NCBI GenBank assembly: GCA_964016885.1
Contig: OZ024740.1
Span: 277,884,001-277,948,000 of the forward strand
Direction of reading: 5' to 3'
Source: Eledone cirrhosa
Lineage: Eukaryota
DNA length: 64,000 bases
In this document: positions 1-12,172 of the stretch, one piece after another
Layout of the letters: each line of letters begins with the position of its first letter
How positions within the stretch are numbered: the stretch's first letter is position 1
Notes under the pieces: generated by a model
Database searches by the model: none
What the model saw: the letters and a program-made list of their open reading frames with translations, nothing else
What the model was told of the DNA's origin: nothing
Position numbers and translations under genes: made by a program

Positions 1-129
1 AAAAAACAAACAGACAGACAGTCAAGCAAAAAAAACTAAGTCAGACATTCAAACATTACATTACAATGAAACTTATGATTATTTTGGTTTTTTTTTACCT
101 ATTTGTTTGTTTGTTTATTTATGTTCGTC

Positions 130-2570
130 TACAGCGTGATAGTGCCACGCTAAAATCACCGAGGGTGATCAAATCACCGGAGGTTATGTAACCATACATT
201 CACCAATCCTCGATAAGAGTGTTTCAATGTTGAAACTAAACAGTTCGAATATGGTGAAGTGGAGACTGGAATGTCATGTGACAGACTCTCACCCAGCAGG
301 TGCTCCCTGGCTCAGCAGCAGGGACCTGGCTGTCAACCAAATACTGCTGGTATCGGAGGAAGAAGAAGGAAAGGAACAAGAACCAACTGGACGAAAGAAT
401 TGAATAGAACTGTTATGCAACGTTACCTGAAGAGTAACCCCAAGGAAAAAGGCTATAGGAAACGGATCCATAACATCTGGAACGAGATTGGTCTATTTAA
501 ATTAGATGAACAAAAATTGGCCGGGCAGGCTCGGGTAATAAGAACTAATGGGTGGATAAGCGAACTGGAACTGGAGGAACTGAGCAGAGAGATTAGGTTG
601 GAAATGGAGAGTGGAGTATGTCAGGCAAACGAGCCAGTGGGAAATGAAGGTGAAGAGGTTGAGAGAACGGAGGACCCATCCGAAGCAGACAATGATCTGA
701 ATGCTGAAATAAATAATTGTTTCTACTTTAGGCACAAGGCCAGCAAATATCCAGTGCATTACTGGTACTTTATTTTATCGACCCCGTAAGGATGAAAGGC
801 AAAGTTAACCTCGGCGGGATTTGAACTCAGATCATAAAGGGAGGTAACTCTATGCTTCAAAGCATGGCGCCCGACCCTCTACCAATACTGCCAATCCACA
901 AATAATACCCGGAACAAAGATACGGTCATTGAGGATATGAATGCTGACGGGCTAGGACAAATATTTGGTTGATATCCTAAACTTAGTAGTAGATGAAATG
1001 AACAATGATAGTGGGAAATCTATGAACCTAAGATTTGTAGACAGGAAAAAGTTAAAAGAAACAGCTAAGGTAAACAAAGTCATCCCATACCTTGAGGCGA
1101 AGAGCCTTCACCAGTGCAACAATTACTTGGCATAAAAGCGAGAGGAAACAAAATACAAGAAAGATCAGAACCTTGGTGGAAGAAACGACTGAATGGTCAA
1201 ATCAGAGAAATGAGAAATGACATTGGAAAGCTTGAGTCCCTACTGAATGGGACACTAAAAAACATAGACACTAAAAATAGACTGGAAATAAAGTACAAAA
1301 CTAGGAGGAAAAAGCTAAATATTATCATAGAGGAACTGAAGCAACGCATTGTAGCAAAGAGTGCAAAAATTAGGCGTATTAAATTAGGCGTATTAAAGTC
1401 ACATCTGAACAGTAGGAATGCCATAAGTGCAGTAAATTCACGAGCTGTGCCTATTATTATGTACAGTGCGGGAATTCTGAGATGGAATGTTGCTGAACAA
1501 AAAGAAATGGATAGGAAGACTAGGAATCTATTGACTAGCTACAACATGTTCCACAAGAGGAGTGATGTCTATAGACTCTACTTAAGGAGATCTGAAGGTC
1601 GAAGAGGTCTTATCAGCATAGAGGACTGTGTTCAGATGGAGAAAAACAACCTACACAAATACGTTACTGATAGTAAGGAGCCAATGCTCAGAATTGTACT
1701 GAAGGAGAGGACCAGGGGATGTCCAAAGAGGAAATAACAACGAGGAGAAAGAGAAGCCTTCATTAAAAATCCCTTCATAGTACCTTCTTTGAGAAACCTG
1801 AATTCAGAGATCCACTGACATGGAACTGGTTGAAAAGAGGAGACCTTAAAAAGGCTACAGCAGGCCCTCAAAACGAAGTGGCTGAAAAACCATATTTACA
1901 AGGAGAAGGCTAGCCTACTGTGCAGGATCTGTGGAGACAGAGAGGCGACTGTGGCTGACATTGTATCCGAGTGTAAACACCTAGCCCAGACTCACTATAA
2001 AGGCTGGGGACATGATGTGATGGGCACGGTGTTCCACTGGCACCTATACAAAGTAAACAATTTACCACATTCTGAGAAGTGGTATGAGTATAAGCCAAAG
2101 TCGGTGATAGTAAACGATCAGGTGAAGGTGCTGTGGGGTTTTAGGATACAGACGGACAAGAAACTGGAACACAATAGACCTGACCTTGTGGTTTTGGACA
2201 AGTAAAAAAGATCGTGCCTGAATGTGGATGTGGCCTGTCCATTCGGCACGAGAGTGCAAGAGAAGGAGAGGGAGAAAATTAACCGATACCAGGACTTAAA
2301 GTGGGAGGTAAAAAGGATTTGGAACTGCCATGAAGTCAAAGTGGTCCCGATTGTCATAGGCGCACTAGGTACTATCTCAAAAAGTTTCCAGGGATGGTTA
2401 AAGAAAATTGGCCCCGCCCCGCTTTTTGCAGCACTTCAAAAGGCATGCTTGCTGGGAACAGCAAGAACCCTCCGATACGTCCTGAATATCTGAGGCAGCA
2501 GGTAGTGGCTTGATATTCATTTCAAAAAACTTTCCAGTTGACTAACATCAATGACTGAGACGCAAAGAAC
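130..2570 (+). mobile_element. Degenerate R4/Dong-clade non-LTR retrotransposon (RLE type), RT core deleted, SINE inserted at 711-899
   Basis: ORF pieces 259-789 (YRKRIHNIW..EQKLAGQAR.IR.NGW), 1114-1737 (EPWWKKRL; DRKTR..HKRSDVYRLYL.R.EGRRGL), knuckle CRICG..IVSEC, RLE motifs GHD, RPDLVVLDK, DVACP, K..RY.DL; ends in (AAT)n. 5' limit approximate. Confidence 0.85.
711..899 (-). mobile_element. tRNA-derived SINE (family S) inserted in the Dong copy
   Basis: Reverse complement of the consensus at 43213-43397; possible TSD AAATAAT at 711-717 and 900-906. Confidence 0.9.

Positions 2571-2648
<78 letters not shown>
2571..2648. repeat. (AAT)26 microsatellite
   Basis: Perfect trinucleotide tract between the Dong 3' end and the Tx1 3' end. 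Confidence 0.98.
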
Positions 2649-2650
<2 letters not shown>

Positions 2651-2910
2651 TTTCTTTATTAACCACAAGGGTTTACATAAAGTAGACATTAAGGACAGTG
2701 CAGGACAATGCAGGACGGTACAAATGGGCATTTCTGCGTGTAAAAAAACAAAAACAGAGGATGTAACAAAAATAACAATGAAAATAACAATGAAAAATTC
2801 CCCAATAGGGGGGAGACTTCGGAGGGACATTTGTGGAGAAAGCCCAGTAAAAAGCCACAATGACCCTGACCACCAAGGCAAGTGCCCTCTCCCAGTTTTC
2901 CACCTTTAGT

Positions 2911-5900
2911 TTACAGATATATACTCAGAGTCGGCCCATTCACTCGGGCCATTCTTGCTTCTCTCACCCATCTTTCAACAAAATGCTGGGAAGAGAGCAC
3001 TTCCTTCTCTACTCTGATTTTCCTTTTCAAATGAAATTTGAAAAAGTCAATCAGAGCATCACCGAAGAGGTAAGTGCTCGTCTTCAGCCCTTTCAAACGT
3101 GTCCACCATACTATCTCTTTCGCCATGGCCACCAGACAGATAAAAACTGCCTGCCCTTCCCGGCTAAAGGAGGAGGGCGGGGCAATCCTCACGATAGACT
3201 CAGATGATAGCTGGATCCGTCCTAAACGCGACAGCAGGTGTTCGACATAAACCCACAAGTCAGCAATTTTCGGACACTGGACGAGTGAGTGCAGGACGGT
3301 TTCGTCGCCCTGCGCGCATCTCGGACATGCCCGGCTGACGGCACCTCCATGCCTGTAGAGTTTATCCCGAACTGGCAAGGCTCCTCGGTAGCACTGCCAG
3401 GCCAGAGATTTCTGGAAGTTGTCCATAGGCCCTGGCCCGAAAGTTCTTCCGAAGAGATTGGCTAGTTGATTTTCGTCGACGCCTAGAGTTTCCCCAAGTA
3501 CGTCGTCGCTCTTCCCCTCCACTAATCCTCTATAGAACGCCGAGGTGGAGTTTCCACCGATCACATTGCCCGATTGGTCGAGGGCTGTGAGCGCCTGAAG
3601 ACATTCCAGTCTCCAGGCGCTCCCTCTCGGTCTTCGCTTGACCCAGGACTGCAGCTCCGTCAAGGAAACGAGCTGGGGAAAAACGCGTCTAGCAAACGGC
3701 GACCACACCTGATCACCGTCGAGGAAGAGGTGGAGATGTCGTAGCCTGAGCGCGTGCCTGCGCATCATCAGCCACGGCATGCCCAGCCCTCCACGTAGCG
3801 GGTGTTGACAACAGATGGACCGCCTGACCATCGGAGCACGTCCCTTCCACAAAAAGCGAAAGAGCAAACGCTCCAGCGCAGTCAGGCGAGGCTTAGGACA
3901 AGGTACGACGGTTAGGCGGTAGCAGATGACAGACGCGATGTACGCGTTAGCCACCTCCGCTCGACCTTTCAGGGATAGCTTCCTCTCCGCCCATTTCTGG
4001 GTGAGAGAAGCCACCCTGCTCGTCACCTCGTCCCAGTTTTTGTCCGTCTGGAGGTCCGGACCGAACCAGACCCCTAGCAATTTAACCGGTCCGTCCGTCC
4101 AGCGCCCGACGACGCTGTTGGACGGCATGGACCTGCCTCTCCAGGTGCCGAGCTGCAGGCCCACTGACTTTTCCTGGTTGATCATTGCTCCTGTCACCGC
4201 TTCGTATTCTCTTAGTGTAGTGCCGATCGCCTCGATGTGTTTGGCGTTCGACACCACTACGGTGACATCGTCCGCATATGCTGACACGGATCTTCCGCAT
4301 CCTAGTTCGCGCGGGACTCCCCTCAACGTCTCCAGTTTGTGCAGTAATGGCTCGAGAGTCAATACGTACAAGAGGGACGAGAGGGGACATCCTTGGCGGA
4401 CCGAGCGCATGATGTTGAACGGTTCCGACAGGTGTCTGCGCCTCTCCCACCAGACCACCAACGACAAGCGCCAACCTCTTTGCTAGCACCTTGGCCAAAA
4501 TCTTAAACTCTGTGTTTAGCAGAGTTATGGGCCGGAAATTTTCTATGTTATCCCCCTTGTTCGGATCCTTTCTCAGCAGTGCCACCGCTCCTCGGCTCAC
4601 AGAACTGGGAATTCTCCCGTTCTGTTGCCAGTTGCAGTAGACGTCCGCCAAGAGGCCTCCGAACAAGTCTGGCATCTGTACGTAAAGTTCATAGGGCAGA
4701 CCATCCAAACCAGGCGATTTACCCCTTGTGCAGCCAGTCATTGCCTCCCGTACTTCAGCGGCTGTTATCGGCTTTTCGCAACACTTCGCCTCAGTGGCCG
4801 AGAGCCGCGGCAGTCCGTCGAGGTAGACACTAAAGTCCATCCCTCTACCCGGCCCCCCGCTTCCCCCGAACAGCTGAGCGAAGTGTCGCTGAAAAGCTTC
4901 ACACATTTGCCCGGGATCGAGTAGCATGCGCCCGTCGTGGTCCACCAAAGACCGGATCGTGGCTTTGTTGCCACGACGCGCCTCCGCCACTCGGGCCCAT
5001 TGAACGGCTTTCGTCCCCTCGTGTCTGAGAGCACGCACCCTAGCTCTGACAACGCAGCCTTCGTGCTTTGCATTGAAGAATTGGTCAAGGGCCAATTTTG
5101 CCGCAAGCACGTCGGTCGCAATGCCTTTGCTAAGCGCCTCGTCTAATTTTCTAACTAGTTCTCCCTCTGCTCTATTTTTCTCTATTGCTAAAGCCTTACT
5201 AAACCTAATCGATTCTATTCTAATCGCTCTTTTCAGAGCAAACCACCACTTGTTGTTGACGATGGCCCCCGTCAACGCCCGCTTAACTAGTTCGCTAATC
5301 CGGTCTCTGTAGGCCTTGCGCGCTGGTAAGGACGCGTTTAGCTTCCAGTAGCCGGGTCCTCGTCTATGAAGCCTATCTAAGTCAAGCACACAGGTCACGA
5401 ATTTGTGGTCCGTGTAGCTGACTATCTTGAATTGTGGACAGCCTATGCTAGACCTATCTATTTCCCTACAAAATACTCTATCTAGATATGATCTGGATGA
5501 CCCTATGCGGTTTGTCCAAGTCCACATTGGCACATTCGGGAAATCCAATCGGTACCTGTCAGACAGTTCAAAACGCCTGAGCAGGTTGGTGAGGCTCTTG
5601 CACCCTCCACCCCTATCCGCTAATCCCACACAGTCCCAGCGTGCATCTAAGATCCCGTTCCAGTCGCCCACTAACACTAAAGAGCGGGACGTTCCAAGAA
5701 AGGTCTCCAGACGCCGGAAGAAATCAGGCCGCCCTGCTCCTGTCGGGGCATAGACGGCCACTAGCCTGAAAGCTTGCCCGTCTCCGCTGGTCACGTCCAG
5801 CACCACCAACTTACCCTCTGGGTCCAGGAAGATGGCCCGTATGGCGAGATCCAAACCTCTCCGAAAAAGCACAGCAACTCCTCCACCCGATCCAGGACGG

Positions 5901-6085
5901 CTGGGAGATGCGTACACATCGTAGCCGCCGAAGATCGGTGCGAAGGCCCGTGCTTCGGAGATTCTGGTCTCGCTGATGGCCACTACATCTATGTTTAGTG
6001 ACCTGAGGTCGTTGAGCAGGTGACCCTGCTTCCATGACGACCCCAAGCCACGCGCATTTATGCTGCCTATTCTGAGTGAGGTCAT
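2911..6085 (-). pseudogene. ORF2 (AP endonuclease, reverse transcriptase, C-terminal Zn finger), broken at about 4433
   Basis: SINARGL, ISET, VYAP, GDWN, YLDR, TDH (APE); KSPGLDG, FRPITLLN, VRQGCPLS, YADD (RT); CPRC..ETVLH...C. Motif A (LDQSKAFDRV), present in copy 2, is missing. Confidence 0.93.
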
Positions 6086-6120
6086 GTTTAAAATAGAGTG
6101 GAAAAGATGGGAAAGACCAC

Positions 6121-8217
6121 TTACCGTACTTTTGGTAGAGGAGGGATGGTTTTTACATCCCTTTTCACTTGATCGTCTGGTGAAGGGACCGTTGAATCGT
6201 CCCTTCGGCTGGTCGTCGGCTCTTCTAAGAGAATGTCTGAATATACTCTTCGATTGATGGTTCCTCCTAGGTCCCTGAAATCACCAACTGCGTTGGGGAA
6301 TTTCGTTTTAATGTTTGTGTATTGTTTCTGTGCTATTTTTAGCAGTCTTATGTTAGTTGGCGTTTTGATTGGTGCTGGTATTATGTAGTCCTGTTGTGAA
6401 ATGTCTGTGTGTTCAATTATGTAAGTCATTAGTTTCTTGTTGTGTGTGTTTATTGCCGTGCATTTGTTTTTCTGGGGGTGGGGTGTGGTTCTGCTATTTT
6501 CTTGTCGTTGTTGCTGGGTGTGTGTGTTTTGTTGTTGTGTTTGCGATGTTGGTGCTTGTGGTGGTGGTGTTGAAGGTGTTGTTGGCGGTGGGGTTGTCGC
6601 CGGTGGTGATGGTGGTGCTGGTGTGGGTGGTGATGGTGTTGGTGGTGTTGCTGCTGTGGGTCTCTTTGCAGTAGACTTTACCCTTTTCTCATTTCTTTCC
6701 TCCCTTTTCAAAGGCGACGATGCGCTGCTTCTGCGTTTGTGCCTTCTTGCGACCTTTTGCCATCCCTCTCCCACCTCACACTCCATGTCTGATTCTGTAA
6801 GGTCGCGGAGGGGTACCAGCTCCACTCTTTCACTTGTTGTTGTTGGTGATGTTTGCACTGGAGTCTCTGTTGCAGCTGCATTTGGTATTGCTGTTGTTGT
6901 TGTTAATATTTCCACTGCTGCTGCTGTCTTTGATTTCCGTGGAGTGGGTATGGGTGCCACGGACCTATCGTTCCTGGTTGCCGCTTGTCCTGTTGCTGGT
7001 AGCCGTGGAGCCGGATTCGGAAGGAGGGGGGTTTTCTCCTTTCTCAGGGTCTTCTCGTTGCAGAAGGCCCTGAGGTGAGTCTTCGATCCACAGCGAAAGC
7101 ATTTCGGGCGTTTGCCCTCAACACTTATGGGCAGTTGAGTGCCGTTATCGAAGTCTATCACATCCGGGATAGCTTCGATGCACTCCTGGTTGGTTTGGAT
7201 TAGCATCTCAATGGAGGAGCCGACCCAATCTTCTCTTACTTTTTTCTGTACTTGCAGTACAGTTGTTTTGTCCTCGATTCCGACGAGGACAGACGCGGCC
7301 AGCCAAGAAGGGGTCATTCCGGGGGGGACGTGGGTCAGTTTGACCCTCACAATTTTTTGCCCGCAGTAGGAGGGCACCAACACCATTTCCTCGCTCCTTA
7401 GGGTCACTACTGATTGGGCCTTTGCCTCCTGGGGTGTGGCAAAAAGTACGTCTACGGTGGCGTATTTTTTGCCTTGGGTGATGTGCGTTTTCCTCTGCCA
7501 CACAGACCCCAAGGCTTTTTGTATTTGGGCCTCTGTGGCTCTTTCCACCCTACGGGATTTTGTACTTACTGTACGGTACGTGACCGTACAGTGCTCTTGG
7601 GTTTCGAAAAAATGTTTCGCTGCCTTGCAGATTGCTCGGTGTCCGTTCTTTGTCACCATCTTCTTCGCTTCCTCTAATTCCTCATTTGTTATGAGGATTG
7701 TTTCCAAGTTTTTCGCAATACCTGCAAATGAGATTGGTTTTTCTCTGCTGTTGTTGTTGTCGTCAGAGCTGCTGGTACTTTTGTTGTTGCTGCAGGTACT
7801 ACGACTACTGCCTCCGCCGCTGTTGCTGTGGTTGTTGTTGGTGTTGCTGCTGCTAATGCTGTTGTTGTTTATGCTGCTGGTGATGCTGTTGCGGCTGCTA
7901 CTGTTGTTTTCATTGTCACTGTTGCTGTTGTTATTACGGCTGCTACTGCTATTATTCCTGACGTCAGACGAATGAACTGGGTTTTCGTATTTCCCGCACA
8001 CCTGTTTCGTCGCTGTCGTCGTCGTCGTGGAGAAACCTTGCACGCTTTGCACGAGACTTTTCTTTTCTTTCGTCGCTTGCGAAAGAGAAGGGAGGGAGAG
8101 AGACACATTTAAAGAAGGGAGGGAGAGAGACGATCTTCTCTCTGCTGTAGTGATGATTGAGGAAGAAGAAGACGGAATGAGTGGGAGTGACGTATGAAAT
8201 TTCTTTTTCGTAGCCAT
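6121..8217 (-). CDS. Tx1-like ORF1 protein (Asn/Ser low complexity, CCHC knuckle, Pro/Thr-rich tail)
   Basis: Open frame from ATG 8217 (698 aa); CFRCGSKTHLRAFC knuckle; basic NLS-like RRHKRR; ends 35 bp before the ORF2 ATG. Confidence 0.88.
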   Translation of the reverse strand: MATKKKFHTSLPLIPSSSSSIITTAERRSSLSLPSLNVSLSLPSLSQATKEKKSLVQSVQGFSTTTTTATKQVCGKYENPVHSSDVRNNSSSSRNNNSNSDNENNSSSRNSITSSINNNSISSSNTNNNHSNSGGGSSRSTCSNNKSTSSSDDNNNSREKPISFAGIAKNLETILITNEELEEAKKMVTKNGHRAICKAAKHFFETQEHCTVTYRTVSTKSRRVERATEAQIQKALGSVWQRKTHITQGKKYATVDVLFATPQEAKAQSVVTLRSEEMVLVPSYCGQKIVRVKLTHVPPGMTPSWLAASVLVGIEDKTTVLQVQKKVREDWVGSSIEMLIQTNQECIEAIPDVIDFDNGTQLPISVEGKRPKCFRCGSKTHLRAFCNEKTLRKEKTPLLPNPAPRLPATGQAATRNDRSVAPIPTPRKSKTAAAVEILTTTTAIPNAAATETPVQTSPTTTSERVELVPLRDLTESDMECEVGEGWQKVARRHKRRSSASSPLKREERNEKRVKSTAKRPTAATPPTPSPPTPAPPSPPATTPPPTTPSTPPPQAPTSQTQQQNTHTQQQRQENSRTTPHPQKNKCTAINTHNKKLMTYIIEHTDISQQDYIIPAPIKTPTNIRLLKIAQKQYTNIKTKFPNAVGDFRDLGGTINRRVYSDILLEEPTTSRRDDSTVPSPDDQVKRDVKTIPPLPKVR

Positions 8218-8430
8218 GTTTTTTTGTTTAAAATGAAATTTTGGGTACAAAACCCCAATAAATGGTTATTTAACCCCGAAGGGCCAAATAACGGACAGAA
8301 AGACCCCTCTCACGAGGAGGAGGGTGTCTTTATCAACAATTTGGTTCAAGTTTTAAACAATTTACAATTGTTTTAACGGTTAAAAATTACTATACCTTAC
8401 AGAGCCGAGCCTCCGTCAACCATGGCATTC

Positions 8431-8469
<39 letters not shown>
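8431..8469. repeat. (AAT)13 spacer between the two Tx1 copies
   Basis: Perfect tract. Confidence 0.98.
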
Positions 8470-8471
<2 letters not shown>

Positions 8472-8718
8472 TTTCTTTATTAACCACAAGGGTTTACATA
8501 AAGTAGACATTAAGGACAGTGCAGGACAATGCAGGACGGTACAAATGGGCATTTCTGCGTGTAAAAAACAAAAACAGAGGATGTAACAAAAATAACAATG
8601 AAAAATTCCCCAATAGGGGGGAGACTTCGGAGGGACATTTGTGGAGAAAGCCCAGTAAAAAGCCACAATGACCCTGACCACCAAGGCAAGTGCCCTCTCC
8701 CAGTTTTCCACCTTTAAT

Positions 8719-11700
8719 TTACAGATATATGCTCAGAGTAGGCCCATTCACTCGGGCCATTCTTGCTTCTCTCACCCATCTTTCAACAAAATGCTGGGAA
8801 GAGAGCACTTCCCTCTCTACTCTGATTTTCCTTTTCAAATGAAATTTGAAAAAGTCAATCAGAGCATCACCGAAGAGGTAAGTGCTCGTCTTCAGCCCTT
8901 TCAAACGTGTCCACCATACTATCTCTTTCGCCATGGCCACCAGGCAGATAAAAACTGCCTGCCCTTCCCGGCTAAAGGAGGAGGGCGGGGCAATCCTCAC
9001 GATGGACTCAGATGATAGCCGGATCCGTCCTAAACGCGACAGCAGGTGTTCGACATAAACCCACAAGTCAGCAATTTTCGGACACTGGACGAGTGCGTGC
9101 AGGACGGTTTCGTCGCCCTGCGCGCATCTCGGACATGCCCGGCTGACGGCACCTCCATGCCTGTAGAGTTTATCCCGAACTGGCAAGGCTCCTCGGTAGC
9201 ACTGCCAGGCCAGAGATTTCTGGAAGTTGTCCATAGGCCCTGGCCCGAAAGTTCTTCCGAAGAGATTGGCTAGTTGATTTTCGTCGACGCCTAGAGTTTC
9301 CCCAAGTACGTCGTCGCTCTTCCCCTCCACTAATCCTCTATAGAACGCCGAGGTGGAGTTTCCACCGATCACATTGCCCGATTGGTCGAGGGCTGTGAGC
9401 GCCTGAAGACATTCCAGTCTCCAGGCGCTCCTTCTCGGTCTTCGCTTGACCCAGGACTGCAGCTCCGTCAAGGAAACGAGCTGGGGAAACACGCGTCTAG
9501 CAAACGGCGACCACACCTGATCACCGTCGAGGAAGAGGTGGAGATGTCGTAGCCTGAGCGCGTGCCTGCGCATCATCAGCCACGGCATGCCCAGCCCTCC
9601 ACGTAGCGGGTGTTGACAACAGATGGACCGCCTGACCATCGGAGCACGTCCCTTCCACAAAAAGCGAAAGAGCAAACGCTCCAGCACAGTCAGGCGAGGC
9701 TTAGGACAAGGTACGACGGTCAGGCGGTAGCAGATGACGGACGCGATGTACGCGTTAGCCACCTCCGCTCGACCTTTCAGGGATAGCTTCCTCTCGGCCC
9801 ATTTCTGGGTGAGAGAAGCCACCCTGCTCGTCACCTCGTCCCAGTTTTTGTCCGTCTGGAGGTCCGGACCGAACCAGACCCCTAGCAATTTAACCGGTCC
9901 GTCCGTCCAGCGTCCGACGACGCTGTTGGACGGCATGGACCTGCCTCTCCAGGTGCCGAGCTGCAGGCCCACTGACTTTTCCTGGTTGATCATTGCTCCT
10001 GTCACCGCTTCGTATTCTCTTAGTGTAGTGCCGATCGCCTCGATGTGTTTGGCGTTCGACACCACTACGGTGACATCGTCCGCATATGCTGATACGGATC
10101 TTCCGCATCCTAGTTCGCGCGGGACCCCCCTCAACGTCTCCAGTTTGTGCAGTAATGGCTCGAGAGTCAATACGTACAAGAGGGACGAGAGGGGACATCC
10201 TTGGCGGACCGAGCGCATGATGTTGAACGGTTCCGACAGGTGACCGTTCACTCTCACCACAGAGCAGATGTCGCTGTGCATGGCAGCGATCCAGCCTCTG
10301 AAGACGGGCCCAAAGCCAGCCGCCCTCAGGACTGCCGCTAGGTAACGATGGTCGACCCTATCGAAAGCTTTCGACTGATCTAAATTGATCAAGGACCCAC
10401 CCGTGCCAGGTTCCCTAGCTACCCTCTCTACGATGTATCGCATGAGGTGGAGGTTGTCGTGGATGGATCTGTCGGGAATGGCGCATGTCTGCGCCTCTCC
10501 CACCAGACCACCAACGACAAGCGCCAACCTCTTTGCTAGCACCTTGGCCAAAATCTTAAACTCTGTGTTTAGCAGAGTTATGGGCCGGAAATTTTCTATG
10601 TTATCCCCCTTGTTCGGATCCTTTCTCAGCAGTGCCACCGCTCCTCGGCTCACAGAACTGGGAATTCTCCCGTTCTGTTGCCAGTTGCAGTAGACGTCCG
10701 CCAAGAGGCCTCCGAACAAGTCTGGCATCTGTACGTAAAGTTCATAGGGCAGACCATCCAAACCAGGCGATTTACCCCTTGTGCAGCCAGTCATTGCCTC
10801 CCTTACTTCAGCGGCTGTTATCGGCTTTTCGCAACACTTCGCCTCAGTGGCCGAGAGCCGCGGCAGTCCGTCGAGGTAGACACTAAAGTCCATCCCTCTA
10901 CCCGGCCCATGCTGCCCCCGAACAGCTGAGCGAAGTGTCGCTGAAAAGCTTCACACATTTGCCCGGGATCGAGTAGCATGCGCCCGTCGTGGTCCACCAA
11001 AGACCGGATCGTGGCTTTGTTGCCACGACGCGCCTCCGCCACTCGGGCCCATTGAACGGCTTTCGTCCCCTCGTGTCTGAGAGCACGCACCCTTGCTCTG
11101 ACAACGCAGCCTTCGTGCTTTGCATTGAAGAATTGGTCAAGGGCCAATTTCGCCGCAAGCACGTCGGTCGCAATGCCTTTGCTAAGCGCCTCGTCTAATT
11201 TTCTAACTAGTTCTCCCTCTGCTCTATTTTTCTCTATTGCTAAAGCCTTACTAAATCTAATCGATTCTATTCTAATCGCTCTTTTCAGAGCAAACCACCA
11301 CTTGTTGTTGACGATGGCCCCCGTCAACGCCCGCTTAACTAGTTCGCTAATCCGGTCTCTGTAGGCCTTGCGCGCTGGTAAGGACGCGTTTAGCTTCCAG
11401 TAGCCGGGTCCTCGTCTATGAAGCCTATCTAAGTCAAGCACACAGATCACGAATTTGTGGTCCGTGTAGCTGACTATCTTGAATTGTGGACAGCCTATGC
11501 TAGACCTATCTATTTCCCTACAAAATACTCTATCTAGATATGATCTGGATGACCCTATGCGGTTTGTCCAAGTCCACATTGGCACATTCGGGAAATCCAA
11601 TCGGTACCTGTCAGACAGTTCAAAACGCCTGAGCAGGTTGGTGAGGCTCTTGCACCCTCCACCCCTATCCGCTAATCCCACACAGTCCCAGCGTGCATCT

Positions 11701-12137
11701 AAGATCCCGTTCCAGTCGCCCACTAACACTAAAGAGCGCGACGTTCCAAGAAAGGTCTCCAGACGCCGGAAGAAATCAGGCCGCCCTGCTCCTGTCGGGG
11801 CATAGACGGCCACTAGCCTGAAAGCTTGCCCGTCTCCGCTGGTCACGTCCAGCACCACCAGCTTACCCTCTGGGTCCAGGAAGATGGCCCGTATGGCGAG
11901 ATCCAAACCTCTCCGAAAAAGTACAGCAACTCCTCCACCGGATCCAGGACGGCTGGGAGATGCGTACACATCGTAGCCGCCGAAGATCGGTGCGAAGGCC
12001 CGTGCTTCGGAGATTCTGGTCTCGCTGATGGCCACTACATCTATGTTTAGTGACCTGAGGTCGTTGAGCAGGTGACCCTGCTTCCATGACGACCCCAAGC
12101 CACGCGCATTTATGCTGCCTATTCTGAGTGAGGTCAT
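8719..12137 (-). pseudogene. ORF2 split by a 1 bp frameshift near 10910 into APE (439 aa) and RT (724 aa) frames
   Basis: Copy 1 reads ccggccccccgcttcccccgaa, copy 2 ccggcccatgctgcccccgaa (1 nt shorter). All RT motifs are intact in 8719-10893. Confidence 0.92.
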
Positions 12138-12172
12138 GTTTAAAATAGAGTGGAAAAGATGGGAAAGACCAC

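Larger units (their letters stand above)
2649..8430 (-). mobile_element. L1/Tx1-clade non-LTR retrotransposon, copy 1 (both ends present, 245 bp deletion in RT)
   Basis: ORF1 plus ORF2 (APE-RT-Zn finger); AATAAA just before a (TTA)n tail; same termini as copy 2; (AAT)n on both sides. Confidence 0.95.

Noticed and set aside
4430-4440. 245 bp deletion as a spliced intron
   Set aside because: Sense-strand ends are not GT..AG; there is only a 2 bp microhomology.
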